Virus record (IMG/VR): IMGVR_UViG_3300045988_105923
Origin: a virus
Length of the DNA: 50,563 bases
Reading direction: 5' to 3' (one strand)
The notes under the pieces were generated by a model. It saw nothing but the letters and a program-made list of their open reading frames with translations. It was not told where the DNA came from and searched no databases. Shown here piece by piece: positions 16,319-24,870 of the stretch (position 1 is the first letter of the stretch; each line of letters starts with the position of its first letter). A program made the position numbers and the translations under genes.

Positions 16319-16745
16319 AGAAATCCTTTTCAAAGCCAAGCGGCTCAGTGATGGTGCATGGGTGGAAGGTTATCTATACCGACTCCATGACAGCTTAAAT
16401 CCCTTTATTATGCTCAGAAATCGACATGGTGAAGCTTACGAGGTTGACCCCTCCACAGTCTGTCAGTACATAAACGTTGATACACGAGAAGAGTGCTGCA
16501 CAGGCTTTGAATCCCACAAGATATTTACGGGTGATATGCTGGGCGAATGGGGAGAGGACGAGGACGGTAACGAGTGCGTCTGCATCCTCGGTATTGTAAC
16601 CTATTGGGAAAGTGAAGGGCGCTATGTGCTGGCAGATGAAGATGGACTGTGCAACGACTGGACGCTGGAAGATATGGCACAACCGGAAAACTGGCCGAAC
16701 CTGATTCACTGCGGCTCCATCCACGACGGGGAGGACGGGCAATGA
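16311..16745 (+). CDS. YopX-family protein
   Basis: The start overlaps the previous gene's 3' end by 8 nt. The N-terminus [20 protein letters not shown] is typical of YopX. Confidence 0.7.
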   Translation: MNREILFKAKRLSDGAWVEGYLYRLHDSLNPFIMLRNRHGEAYEVDPSTVCQYINVDTREECCTGFESHKIFTGDMLGEWGEDEDGNECVCILGIVTYWESEGRYVLADEDGLCNDWTLEDMAQPENWPNLIHCGSIHDGEDGQ

Positions 16746-17149
16746 CAAAAGAAGAATCACTGGCATGGGTGAAATCGTTAAAGCCGGGAGATATCGTGAT
16801 ATACAGCGGGTTTGGGGTTGCGGGAAGGATTCAAACTGCCAAAGTAGAAAAAGTCACTCCATCTGGTATTGTCAGGACCAATCGGGGCAGTTTTAAAGAA
16901 TCTCCATGGAGCTGGTCTGGAAGAGTAGGCGGCTATGGGAAAACACCTGGAGAGATTAGCCCGCCAACGGCAGAATTGCTTATCGAGGCAGAGCTTCAAG
17001 AAGCGGAAGATGCTGCTGAGAAGAAGCGGCGAGACACCATCTACAAGGCGCGGAACCTGATTTCCGAACTATATTATAATAGATTCCGTATCGACTATGA
17101 CACGGCAGTTGAGATAATCAATGTGTTAGAGAGGTGGCGGACAGCATGA
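16742..17149 (+). CDS. Hypothetical protein
   Basis: The 135-aa ORF starts at an ATGA overlap. Confidence 0.6.
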   Translation: MTKEESLAWVKSLKPGDIVIYSGFGVAGRIQTAKVEKVTPSGIVRTNRGSFKESPWSWSGRVGGYGKTPGEISPPTAELLIEAELQEAEDAAEKKRRDTIYKARNLISELYYNRFRIDYDTAVEIINVLERWRTA

Positions 17150-17361
17150 GTGAGTGGATTCGCGTCAAGGATAGGCTGCCGCAAGTAACTGGGAAGTATT
17201 TATGCGCAGTAAAAGATAAAAGAGGGGATTTATGGACAATTGCCAGCGATTGGAGCCTTGAGATGAAATCATGGTTTGGCGATTATGGGGAAATCAAAAA
17301 CATAGTCACACACTGGATGCCCCTCCCCGAACCACCAAAGGAGAATCAGCAGCATGAGTAA
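17146..17361 (+). CDS. DUF551-like protein
   Basis: It has WIRVKDRLP at the start and THWMPLPEPP near the end, a DUF551-type signature. Confidence 0.65.
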   Translation: MSEWIRVKDRLPQVTGKYLCAVKDKRGDLWTIASDWSLEMKSWFGDYGEIKNIVTHWMPLPEPPKENQQHE

Positions 17362-17638
17362 AAAAGTCAATCCCCGCAGACAGCCGGCGTCAAAGGCAGA
17401 TGTAAAACGGGCTGAGCTTCGTGGGCGGGATGATGGCATCAAATTCGCAAGCACTCTATTTTTGATGGCCCTGCGCGATAAGGAGGGCTTTGATCTGGAA
17501 GCTCTGCAAAAGGTCTGGAAAGGGGTTGGAGACTTGGCGGACAGCATCGCGGAAGGCTACTGCAGCATCGAGGATTTACATACCGTTTTAGAGTCTGAAG
17601 CGGGCGCTAGAATTGTGGGAGGGATAGCCCTTGAATGA
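17354..17638 (+). CDS. Hypothetical protein coupled to the downstream HTH gene
   Basis: The 94-aa ORF overlaps the next gene by 8 nt. Confidence 0.6.
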   Translation: MSKKVNPRRQPASKADVKRAELRGRDDGIKFASTLFLMALRDKEGFDLEALQKVWKGVGDLADSIAEGYCSIEDLHTVLESEAGARIVGGIALE

Positions 17639-17843
17639 GTTCCCGGATAGGCTGAGGAGGCTGAGGGAAAGTATGCGGCCAGTTCGGAGTATGACAGTTA
17701 CATCACAGCTGATGGGGCTAAGCCCTGATGCCTTACGAAAATATGAGAGAGGAGAAGTTGAGCCTAAAATGACAGCTCTAAAGTTGATTGCAGCATATTA
17801 TCACATCAGCCTAGACGAGCTTTGCAAAATGGAGGAAGATTAG
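17631..17843 (+). CDS. Small XRE-family HTH regulator
   Basis: The HTH motif is LRRLRESMRPVRSMTVTSQLMGLSPDALRKYERGEVEPKMTALKLIAAYYHISLDEL. Confidence 0.75.
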   Translation: MNEFPDRLRRLRESMRPVRSMTVTSQLMGLSPDALRKYERGEVEPKMTALKLIAAYYHISLDELCKMEED

Positions 17844-18087
17844 ACCATAAACTTTCATAATCTCATAGAAAAAATAGCGAATTCATAAAGTTTTATGAGT
17901 GAGCGGAAATATGTATGCGAAAATGGGAGTGTGGGGGAGTATCTCTGCACTCCCACTCCTTTTCCCCTCTGCCCGGAGGTTCACCTCCGCCTCCGGGCCT
18001 TCCAACAAGCGCTGTCTCGCTGAAAACTGCGCCAGAGTTCCGCAATCGGGGCCGATATGCGGCGTGTGACAATTAAGCGGGAAGCGC

Positions 18088-18115
18088 AAATAAAAACCGC
18101 CCCACTATGGGGCGG
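18088..18115 (-). terminator. Intrinsic terminator of the TIR-like gene
   Basis: The stem pairs CCGCCCC (18097-18103) with GGGGCGG (18109-18115). On the minus strand it is followed by TTTTTATTT, 9 nt past the stop codon. Confidence 0.6.
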
Positions 18116-18123
18116 CGATAAGA

Positions 18124-18540
18124 TTATTTACCAAGGATAGCGTTGATAACCGAACTTTTATTCCAGCCGACCATTATATCTGCATTATTCTGGATTTTAA
18201 CTGGAATCCTCTCTTGTCCCCAAGGTTTTAACCCGATTATATATTTTCCCTTGGAAACAGATGTATCAATTTCAAAGTCAATCCAATCGCTATAGGCAGC
18301 ATACATCCCAGAAATAACAATTATTTTTGATGCGGGAGAAATCTGGTTTTCTAGTAATTTTTGGAGTTTATTTTTTCCTACTGTAGTGGAGGGATCAACC
18401 AAAGGATCATGATATGGAACAGAATAGTTACTCCAATTTAATATCCCGTCTGCTTTTGCTTCATCGATCCACTTGACGACCGTCTGATAATCGTCAGAAT
18501 ATTTCCATGCGTGACTAATGAAAATGTGATAATGATCCAT
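18124..18540 (-). CDS. TIR-like domain protein (ThsB/DUF1863 family)
   Basis: The ATG at 18540 follows AAGGAG. The product begins YHIFISHAWKYSDDY (betaA) and contains KIIVISGMYAAYSDWIDFEIDTSVSKGKYIIG, which matches the S-x-W-x(3)-E catalytic-Glu region of TIR/ThsB-like domains. The gene is AT-rich. Confidence 0.75.
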   Translation of the reverse strand: MDHYHIFISHAWKYSDDYQTVVKWIDEAKADGILNWSNYSVPYHDPLVDPSTTVGKNKLQKLLENQISPASKIIVISGMYAAYSDWIDFEIDTSVSKGKYIIGLKPWGQERIPVKIQNNADIMVGWNKSSVINAILGK

Positions 18541-18579
18541 AATGAACAACTCCTTTATGTTCTGTTTTGAGGTGAGAGA

Positions 18580-18771
18580 ATGGGAAAATATAGAAAAAAA
18601 CCAATTGAAATTGATGCCTTTCAAATTGAACAAGATATGATTATTAAAACGCTTGAAGGAGATATGAGGGCTCAAAGAGGAGACTGGATTATCACCGGAG
18701 TAAACGGGGAGCAATATCCATGTAAACCGGATATATTCGATAAGACTTATGAACGAGTAGATGTGGATTGA
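18580..18771 (+). CDS. Small PGDYG-like protein on the opposite strand between the TIR-like and SLATT genes
   Basis: A GAGGTGAG RBS precedes the start. The product [12 protein letters not shown]...[28 protein letters not shown] resembles the small phage/bacterial PGDYG family. Confidence 0.55.
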   Translation: MGKYRKKPIEIDAFQIEQDMIIKTLEGDMRAQRGDWIITGVNGEQYPCKPDIFDKTYERVDVD

Positions 18772-19232
18772 TCCGGCAATTCCGGCTTTTTAACTGGTTC
18801 TTGCTGTAGCATCTTCCATTGATTGTTTTCAGCTGAAATTATTTGTTCAATATTTCGAACAAATAGGTTATCTATTGTGTCATCATTGTTGTTATATGGA
18901 GATGAACCCGTCAAATATAGGCTCTTTTGGTATCGAAGAAGTTCACATGTAGAACGATACTGTATATAATTTTCGTGATATTTATATAATTTTGTGATAG
19001 ATTCCAAAATTGTTATAATCACACCTAAAACACCGATGACGATAGGTATAATAAAGCATCTTGTAGAATAACCGGACAGAAGAGGGATGGTTGCAGCAAA
19101 AATAATTTCCCAAAATTGTATTCGCTTGTAACACTTTTGACAATGCAATGATTTTTTATCGTACCAGTCGATTTGGTTATCTACTCGTGTTTTTATATAT
19201 TCATTAATGTCCATTTTACAGAACCGCCCCAT
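18747..19232 (-). CDS. DUF4231/SLATT-like two-TM protein
   Basis: The sequence [33 protein letters not shown] is followed by a second TM segment ([20 protein letters not shown]) and then [26 protein letters not shown]. This is the DUF4231 pattern. The start may instead be the ATG at 19214. Confidence 0.7.
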   Translation of the reverse strand: MGRFCKMDINEYIKTRVDNQIDWYDKKSLHCQKCYKRIQFWEIIFAATIPLLSGYSTRCFIIPIVIGVLGVIITILESITKLYKYHENYIQYRSTCELLRYQKSLYLTGSSPYNNNDDTIDNLFVRNIEQIISAENNQWKMLQQEPVKKPELPDQSTSTRS

Positions 19233-19271
19233 TTGCTACTTTAAAAGCTGCATAAATTTGGGATTTTTTAT

Positions 19272-19301
19272 ATTATCACATAAAAACAACAGGGTAGTCA
19301 A
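19272..19301 (-). promoter_or_regulatory. Promoter of the SLATT gene, possibly of a SLATT/TIR transcript
   Basis: On the minus strand, TTGACT (19301-19296) is followed by an 18-nt spacer and GATAAT (19277-19272) within TGTGATAAT. Confidence 0.5.
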
Positions 19302-19356
19302 TACATTAGAAAAATATTTCGGAGAAATTCGCTACTCCTCGCCGCATGAGGCGGGC

Positions 19357-19638
19357 GGTGGCATCATTGAGCGGTGATGGAATAGGTAGACAGTAAACAA
19401 GGCAACGAGGACGGACAAACGTGCTGCCACCTTGCTGACGAGTAAGGCCGTCTCTCCGATCGTAGCTGCGCCATGTGAGGTGCAAATCCTCACCCGCTCA
19501 AATATGCCGCCCCGCAGTTGCACGAGACGGGGGTGGGGATAATGGGAGGAAACGCATGGCGGGGTAATCTCCCGCCGTCTCTCGAAAAATGGTTGAATAC
19601 CGGGGATAGGCCGACGGGCCGAAAAGGGAGGTGCCACC
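19357..19638. ncRNA. Candidate structured non-coding RNA of unknown class and strand
   Basis: This GC-rich stretch has no convincing ORF. Nested complementary segments are 19357-63/19632-38, 19368-74/19494-500, 19475-80/19488-93, 19524-30/19575-81 and 19544-48/19569-73. Confidence 0.3.
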
Positions 19639-19701
19639 TTACTCCTCTTCCCTGGGTCAACATAAATGGTGGAAACGAAAATTCAGAAAGGCGGTATATC
19701 C

Positions 19702-20337
19702 ATGAACGACTTGATGATTTTTAACAACCCTGAGTTTGGGGAGATTCGTACTGTGGGATTGGACGGGGAGCCATTGCTGGTTGGTAAGGATGTGGCATTA
19801 GCACTGGGTTACACGAACCCACAAAAGGCAATCCGTGACCACGTTGATGATGAGGATAAGACGGTGAACGAAACGTTCAGCGTCAACGGGACACCGATTG
19901 TACTTATCAACGAGAGCGGCCTGTATTCCCTCGTCCTTTCCAGCAAGCTTCCCGGGGCCAAGAAGTTCAAGCGCTGGGTGACGAGTGAGGTATTACCCAG
20001 CATTCGCAAGCACGGGGCTTACATGACCTCGGACACGATCGATAAGATGATAAACTCTCCGGAGTTTGGCATCAAACTGCTTACTGCGCTGAGAGACGAA
20101 CAGGATAAGAGAAAGGCGCTGGAGACAGAGCTGGATAGGAGCAAGGAATGGTATTCCATCAAACGAGTAGCACATCTGAATGGAGTATCATATAAGGTTT
20201 TTGACTGGCGGAAGCTCAAACTCGAAAGCCAACGACAGGGATATGGAGTTAAAAAGATTTTCGATGCCAATTATGGCGAAGTCAATACTTACCACGTGAA
20301 CGTGTGGGAAAAAGTTTACCCCAATATGGAACTATAA
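19702..20337 (+). CDS. Bro-N / KilAC-type antirepressor-like protein
   Basis: The N-terminus FNNPEFGEIRTVGLDGEPLLVGKDVALALGY...AIRDHVDDEDK is the Bro-N signature. The C-terminal half resembles KilAC/ORF6C. Confidence 0.8.
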   Translation: MNDLMIFNNPEFGEIRTVGLDGEPLLVGKDVALALGYTNPQKAIRDHVDDEDKTVNETFSVNGTPIVLINESGLYSLVLSSKLPGAKKFKRWVTSEVLPSIRKHGAYMTSDTIDKMINSPEFGIKLLTALRDEQDKRKALETELDRSKEWYSIKRVAHLNGVSYKVFDWRKLKLESQRQGYGVKKIFDANYGEVNTYHVNVWEKVYPNMEL

Positions 20338-20362
20338 GAATAGTTGACAGGAAGGTGGTGTT

Positions 20363-20782
20363 ATGGCTGCACGGCTGACAGATCGCCAGAAAAAGAAAAT
20401 AGTGGCTGATTATCTGGAAACCGAGAGTTATAACGCCACGGCAAAGATGAATGGTGTATCAAAGGACACGGTAAAACGCATTGTGCTGAATTGCGAAGGA
20501 TTCTTCCAAAAAGCGCAACAAAAAAAGAAACAGAATACATTGGATATGCTTGCCTTTATGGATTCCCGTAAAGAGAAGATGCAAGAGGCAATAGACCTTC
20601 ATCTTAATGCACTGACGGACCCTGAAAAGATAGACGATGCTGGTTTGTCTCAAATTGCGACTTCCTTCGGGATCATCGTTGATAAAGCCACAAAGAACAC
20701 GGCAAGCGGAAACGACAGCTTAAACAAATTGGATGGGCTGTTAAAGGAGTTCAAAGATGCTGTTAAGTCCGAAACAACATGA
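20363..20782 (+). CDS. terS: Terminase small subunit
   Basis: It has an N-terminal HTH (LTDRQKKKIVADYLETESYNATAKMNGVSKDTVKRIV). It lies directly upstream of, and overlaps, the large subunit gene. Confidence 0.65.
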   Translation: MAARLTDRQKKKIVADYLETESYNATAKMNGVSKDTVKRIVLNCEGFFQKAQQKKKQNTLDMLAFMDSRKEKMQEAIDLHLNALTDPEKIDDAGLSQIATSFGIIVDKATKNTASGNDSLNKLDGLLKEFKDAVKSETT

Positions 20783-21932
20783 ATTTGTTCTGAACGCCAA
20801 TAGGCGGTGGAATTTCAAAGGTGGCGCAACCAGAAGCGGAAAGACTTATCTTGATTTTCGGTGGATGATTCCAATTCGCATCCGAGATCGCGTCGGGAAA
20901 GATGGGCTGACAGTTATTCTTGGGGTTACAAAATCAACGATTGAACGAAATGTATTGGAGCCGATGCGGAACCTATATGGAGACACGCTGGTTGGCTCAA
21001 TTTCCAGTGACAACACAGCATGGTTGTTTGGAGAGAAATGCTATTGCCTGGGAGCTGAGAAGGTTTCCCAAGTATCAAAAATTCGTGGCGCATCCATTAA
21101 ATACTGCTATGGGGATGAGGTGGCCGACTGGAGCGAAGAGGTATTTGAACTTCTGAAAAGCCGCCTAGATAAAGAGTATTCTTGCTTTGATGGTACCTTC
21201 AATCCGCAATATCCCGGACACTGGCTAAAACAGTTTCTTGATAGTGATGCGGATATATTCAGCCAGACATATACCATTGATGATAACCCGTTTTTGCCAA
21301 AAAAATTTGTTGACGATTTAAAAAGAGAGTACGCCGGAACGGTATTTTATGATCGGTACATATTAGGAGAATGGGCGCTGGCAGAGGGACTTGTCTACCC
21401 TATGTTCAGCATGGACAAGCATGTTATTCGCGGAAACCCTGATGGACCTGGATTATATTATATCGCTATCGACTACGGCACAATGAATCCAACGGCGATG
21501 GGGCTGTGGCGCGTTTATCGCGGGGAGGCTGTCATGCTGAAGGAGTATTATTACGATGGTCGGGCCAAGAAAAAACAAAAGACCGATGAAGAATATTATC
21601 AGGACCTGGAGAAGTTTGCGGATGGGAAGAAGATCGAACGTGTGATCGTTGACCCTTCTGCGGCAAGTTTCAAGGAATGTATACATCGGCATGGGAAATT
21701 TGCCGTGTGGGATGCGGATAACTCTGTTTTGGATGGAATCCGGCTGACGGCAACTTTACTGCAAACCGGACGGATCAAGTTTCACGAGAGCTGCGAGAAT
21801 ACGTTCCAGGAATTTCAATCCTACATGTGGGATGGAGATGCCGGGGAAGACAAAGTTATTAAAGAGTCAGATCACTCAATGGACCAGATGCGCTATTTTT
21901 GTAACACCATTATGTGGAGAGAGATTGCATGA
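20757..21932 (+). CDS. terL: Terminase large subunit (PBSX/XtmB-like)
   Basis: Walker A is GGATRSGKT and Walker B-like is YCYGDEV. The C-terminal RNase H-like nuclease motifs are IAIDYG and VIVDPSAAS. Confidence 0.92.
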   Translation: MLLSPKQHEFVLNANRRWNFKGGATRSGKTYLDFRWMIPIRIRDRVGKDGLTVILGVTKSTIERNVLEPMRNLYGDTLVGSISSDNTAWLFGEKCYCLGAEKVSQVSKIRGASIKYCYGDEVADWSEEVFELLKSRLDKEYSCFDGTFNPQYPGHWLKQFLDSDADIFSQTYTIDDNPFLPKKFVDDLKREYAGTVFYDRYILGEWALAEGLVYPMFSMDKHVIRGNPDGPGLYYIAIDYGTMNPTAMGLWRVYRGEAVMLKEYYYDGRAKKKQKTDEEYYQDLEKFADGKKIERVIVDPSAASFKECIHRHGKFAVWDADNSVLDGIRLTATLLQTGRIKFHESCENTFQEFQSYMWDGDAGEDKVIKESDHSMDQMRYFCNTIMWREIA

Positions 21933-23311
21933 GTGTTTTTGTCGGCTGGTTGGGCCGCTTGAAAAACTTCATATTTCCGCAGGCGGTGACTCAGCGGGAA
22001 TTTGGCGTTAAGCCTGCCACGGGACAGACAATGGAGCGGAACATCAACCTGTGGTTTGCTATGTATGTCAACCGACCACCCTGGGCGGTTCCTCCTGTGG
22101 TTCCGATGGGCCTGCCAGCAGCGGTCTGTAGAGAGATTGCCCGCCCGACGCTGGCGGAACTCACAGTAAGTATTGCGGGCAGTGCCAGGGCGGACTATCA
22201 CAACGAGCAGTTTCAAGCAGCGCAAGAAAGGTTCCTACAACAGCTTGAGCTTGGGCTTGCAACAGGTGGTATTGCGCTGAAACCGTATGTTTATGGGAAC
22301 CGTATTTTGGTGGACGGAACTAGCGCAGCAGCGTTTCAGCCCACAAAATTTGATGCTTCTGGTACCTGTGTTGGAGGCGTGTTCCGTGAAAAAGCACAAG
22401 CCAATGATAAATACTATGTCCGGCTGGAATACCACAACTTAGAGGGTACTACATATACCATCCAGAACAAAGCATACCGCAGCGACAGCAGCGGTTCCGT
22501 GGGACCTGCAGCCGCTTTGAATGAGGTTCCGGATTGGGCGGATATCCCGCCAGAAGTCAAGATAGAAAACCTGGAAGGACCGCTCTTTGCCTATTTTAAG
22601 CCCCCGCAGTCAAACAATGTGGACACCGATGATAAAACCGGTGTGTCCGTATATGGAGGGTCCGCGGTAGACCTCATCCAAAGAGCGGACGAGCAGTGGG
22701 ATTTGATCCGGTGGGAGTACAAGAGCGGCCAGAGAAAGATATTTATGGACGCTACAGAAACAGTAGCAAGGGACTTCGACAAACGCTTGTTTGAGATTGC
22801 TCCGTTCTCCAAGGACGGCAAGTTTTTTGAACAGTTTGAACCCTCTTTTCGGGACGAACCGCTTTATCGAGGGCTACAAAATATTCTGAAACAAATTGAG
22901 TTCCAGGTTGGCCTCTCTTATGGCACGCTGTCAGACCCACAAAGTGTTGAAAAGACGGCGACAGAGGTTCGCAACAGCAAACAGCGGATGTTTATCACTA
23001 TCGATAGCATTCAAAAAGCGTTACAGCATACCTTTGACAGCCTGATCTATGCCATGGACGTGTATGCTACACTGTACAATCTGGCGCCTGCTGGAGGCTA
23101 TGAAGTCACCTATTCTTGGGGAGACAGCGTTCTTGATGACGCTGACGCAAAGGAAAAGGAGCGGGCTAACGACCGGCAGGATGTTTCCATGGGCGTGATG
23201 AATGATTGGGAATACCGGGCAAAATGGTATGGAGAGGACGAGGCCACAGCCAAGAAAATGCTGCCGAAAATGGAGGACATGACGAACGAAGGAGAGAATG
23301 AGATTGAATGA
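21929..23311 (+). CDS. Portal protein (SPP1 gp6-like)
   Basis: Size, position after terL and an acidic C-terminus support the call. The start overlaps the terL stop as ATGA. Confidence 0.85.
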   Translation: MSVFVGWLGRLKNFIFPQAVTQREFGVKPATGQTMERNINLWFAMYVNRPPWAVPPVVPMGLPAAVCREIARPTLAELTVSIAGSARADYHNEQFQAAQERFLQQLELGLATGGIALKPYVYGNRILVDGTSAAAFQPTKFDASGTCVGGVFREKAQANDKYYVRLEYHNLEGTTYTIQNKAYRSDSSGSVGPAAALNEVPDWADIPPEVKIENLEGPLFAYFKPPQSNNVDTDDKTGVSVYGGSAVDLIQRADEQWDLIRWEYKSGQRKIFMDATETVARDFDKRLFEIAPFSKDGKFFEQFEPSFRDEPLYRGLQNILKQIEFQVGLSYGTLSDPQSVEKTATEVRNSKQRMFITIDSIQKALQHTFDSLIYAMDVYATLYNLAPAGGYEVTYSWGDSVLDDADAKEKERANDRQDVSMGVMNDWEYRAKWYGEDEATAKKMLPKMEDMTNEGENEIE

Positions 23312-24870
23312 GATACCCGTTTTCTCCAGAAGTTTTGGATGCGCTTTCGGAAGAATTAGCGGAGTTGTTCCGAAGCCTGGAAGAGACGCTCCTTGATGAA
23401 ATATGCTCTCGGCTGAAACTGGCCGGAGAACTGAATGAGGTCATGGTGCAGGATATCCGGGCTCTGCGGTCACATGGAATTGGCCTAAAAGAGATAGAGA
23501 GGGCCATCCAGCGAACGGCCAATATCAGCGAGCAACGGCTCAATAGGCTGCTGGAGGACGTGGTGGAACGTAACCAGCGGTATTACAAAGAGGTCATAGA
23601 CCTTGCGGGGATGACGGCTCCTGAGACATTGGTAAGTGCTATGGATATTGCCGCGATTACGGCGCAGGCACAGAGAGAGGTCAGCAACCTGACCCGATCC
23701 ATGGGCTTTCTGGTGGACAGTGGGCGGACGATGCTGACACCAGCCCGTGCTTATCAATGGGCGCTGGATAACGCGGAGATGCAGGTTATGAGCGGAGCAG
23801 TCAGCTATAACCAAGCTATTAGAAATACTGTTAAGCAGCTTGCAGACAGCGGCATCAAGATCGTGGCTTATGAGAGCGGACACCGGGACCAAATCGACGT
23901 AGCAGCCCGCCGAGCAGTGATGACGGGCGTCTCCCAGCTCTGTGCCAAATACACGGAGCAGAGTGCGGAATACTTAGAAACGCCATATTTTGAAGTATCA
24001 GCCCATATCGGGGCACGAGATCAAGGTACTGGATGGCAGAACCATAAAGCGTGGCAGGGCCGGGTGTATTCTGTTAGAACCGGAGACAAATACCCAAGTA
24101 TCTATGAAGTATGCGGACTTGGCTATGTGGATGGTTTAGAGGGAGCCAACTGCCGTCATATCAGGACCGCTTTTGTAGACGGCGTGATGGAGCGGACGTA
24201 TACCGACAAAGAACTGGAACACATTGACGACGGGCATGATGTGGAGTTTGAGGGCAAACGTTATACAGCTTATGAAGCTACACAAAAGCAACGCCAGATC
24301 GAGCGGACCATCCGAAAGCTGAAGCGGGAACAGACTGCATATAAGGCGGCAGGGCTTGAAGAGGACGCCCAGACGGTGACAGCCCGCATCCGGCGTCTGA
24401 ACAAGGAATACAGAGATTTTAGCGAAGCTGCGGGTTTGCCATTGCAGCGGGAAAGGATGCAGGTTACCTATACGGATATTGAATCCGAACAAACCGCCTC
24501 GGCACTCAAAGTGCAGCGTGATGCAGAAGCGCCAATCAGGCAGGCGATCCGCAACGGTGAATATCCATTAGAGATCAATCCGGAGAAACAGGCGCGGCAT
24601 ATGGCCGGCACTGCTACACCGGGCAGAAGCGTGATAACGGTTTCTGTGGAGGAGTTGCAAGCGATCATAAACGCGAAGGCAGGTAGCGGAAAAATCAATC
24701 TTACAGATGATTTTACAAAGTGGAAAAACACAGAAATTATTGATGCCGGAAAAGAAATTGGCTATACAGTTAACAGAAACGGTGATATAATAATTGCAAG
24801 AAGTATCAAAATCCATTACAGCAAAAGCGGTACGCATGGTGTTCCGTTTTCAGGGGGGTGGAAAAAATGA
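23308..24870 (+). CDS. MuF/SPP1 gp7-like minor head protein with a C-terminal toxin-like extension (Ntox50/BECR-like)
   Basis: The MuF core is YNQAIRNTVKQL...SAHIGARDQGTGWQNHKAWQGRVYS...ANCRH. The extra roughly 100 aa (EKQARHMAGTATPGRSVIT...IKIHYSKSGTHGVPF) resemble polymorphic toxin type 50 domains. Confidence 0.8.
   Translation: MRYPFSPEVLDALSEELAELFRSLEETLLDEICSRLKLAGELNEVMVQDIRALRSHGIGLKEIERAIQRTANISEQRLNRLLEDVVERNQRYYKEVIDLAGMTAPETLVSAMDIAAITAQAQREVSNLTRSMGFLVDSGRTMLTPARAYQWALDNAEMQVMSGAVSYNQAIRNTVKQLADSGIKIVAYESGHRDQIDVAARRAVMTGVSQLCAKYTEQSAEYLETPYFEVSAHIGARDQGTGWQNHKAWQGRVYSVRTGDKYPSIYEVCGLGYVDGLEGANCRHIRTAFVDGVMERTYTDKELEHIDDGHDVEFEGKRYTAYEATQKQRQIERTIRKLKREQTAYKAAGLEEDAQTVTARIRRLNKEYRDFSEAAGLPLQRERMQVTYTDIESEQTASALKVQRDAEAPIRQAIRNGEYPLEINPEKQARHMAGTATPGRSVITVSVEELQAIINAKAGSGKINLTDDFTKWKNTEIIDAGKEIGYTVNRNGDIIIARSIKIHYSKSGTHGVPFSGGWKK

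Noticed and set aside
17960-17995. A GGAGGTTCACCTCC segment resembling a tRNA T-arm
   Set aside because: The loop is too short and lacks the TTCGAAT-type consensus. No acceptor, D or anticodon arms can be built around it.
18541-18714. The 58-codon N-terminal extension of the TIR-like ORF
   Set aside because: It is antisense to the PGDYG-like forward gene and is not protein-like. The ATG at 18540 has an AAGGAG RBS and begins exactly at the TIR betaA strand.
19332-19724. The tracked ORFs 19332..19637 (minus) and 19518..19724 (plus)
   Set aside because: Neither has an RBS and both give odd compositions in a GC-rich structured region. I treat the region as non-coding. The true start of the Bro-N gene is the ATG at 19702.
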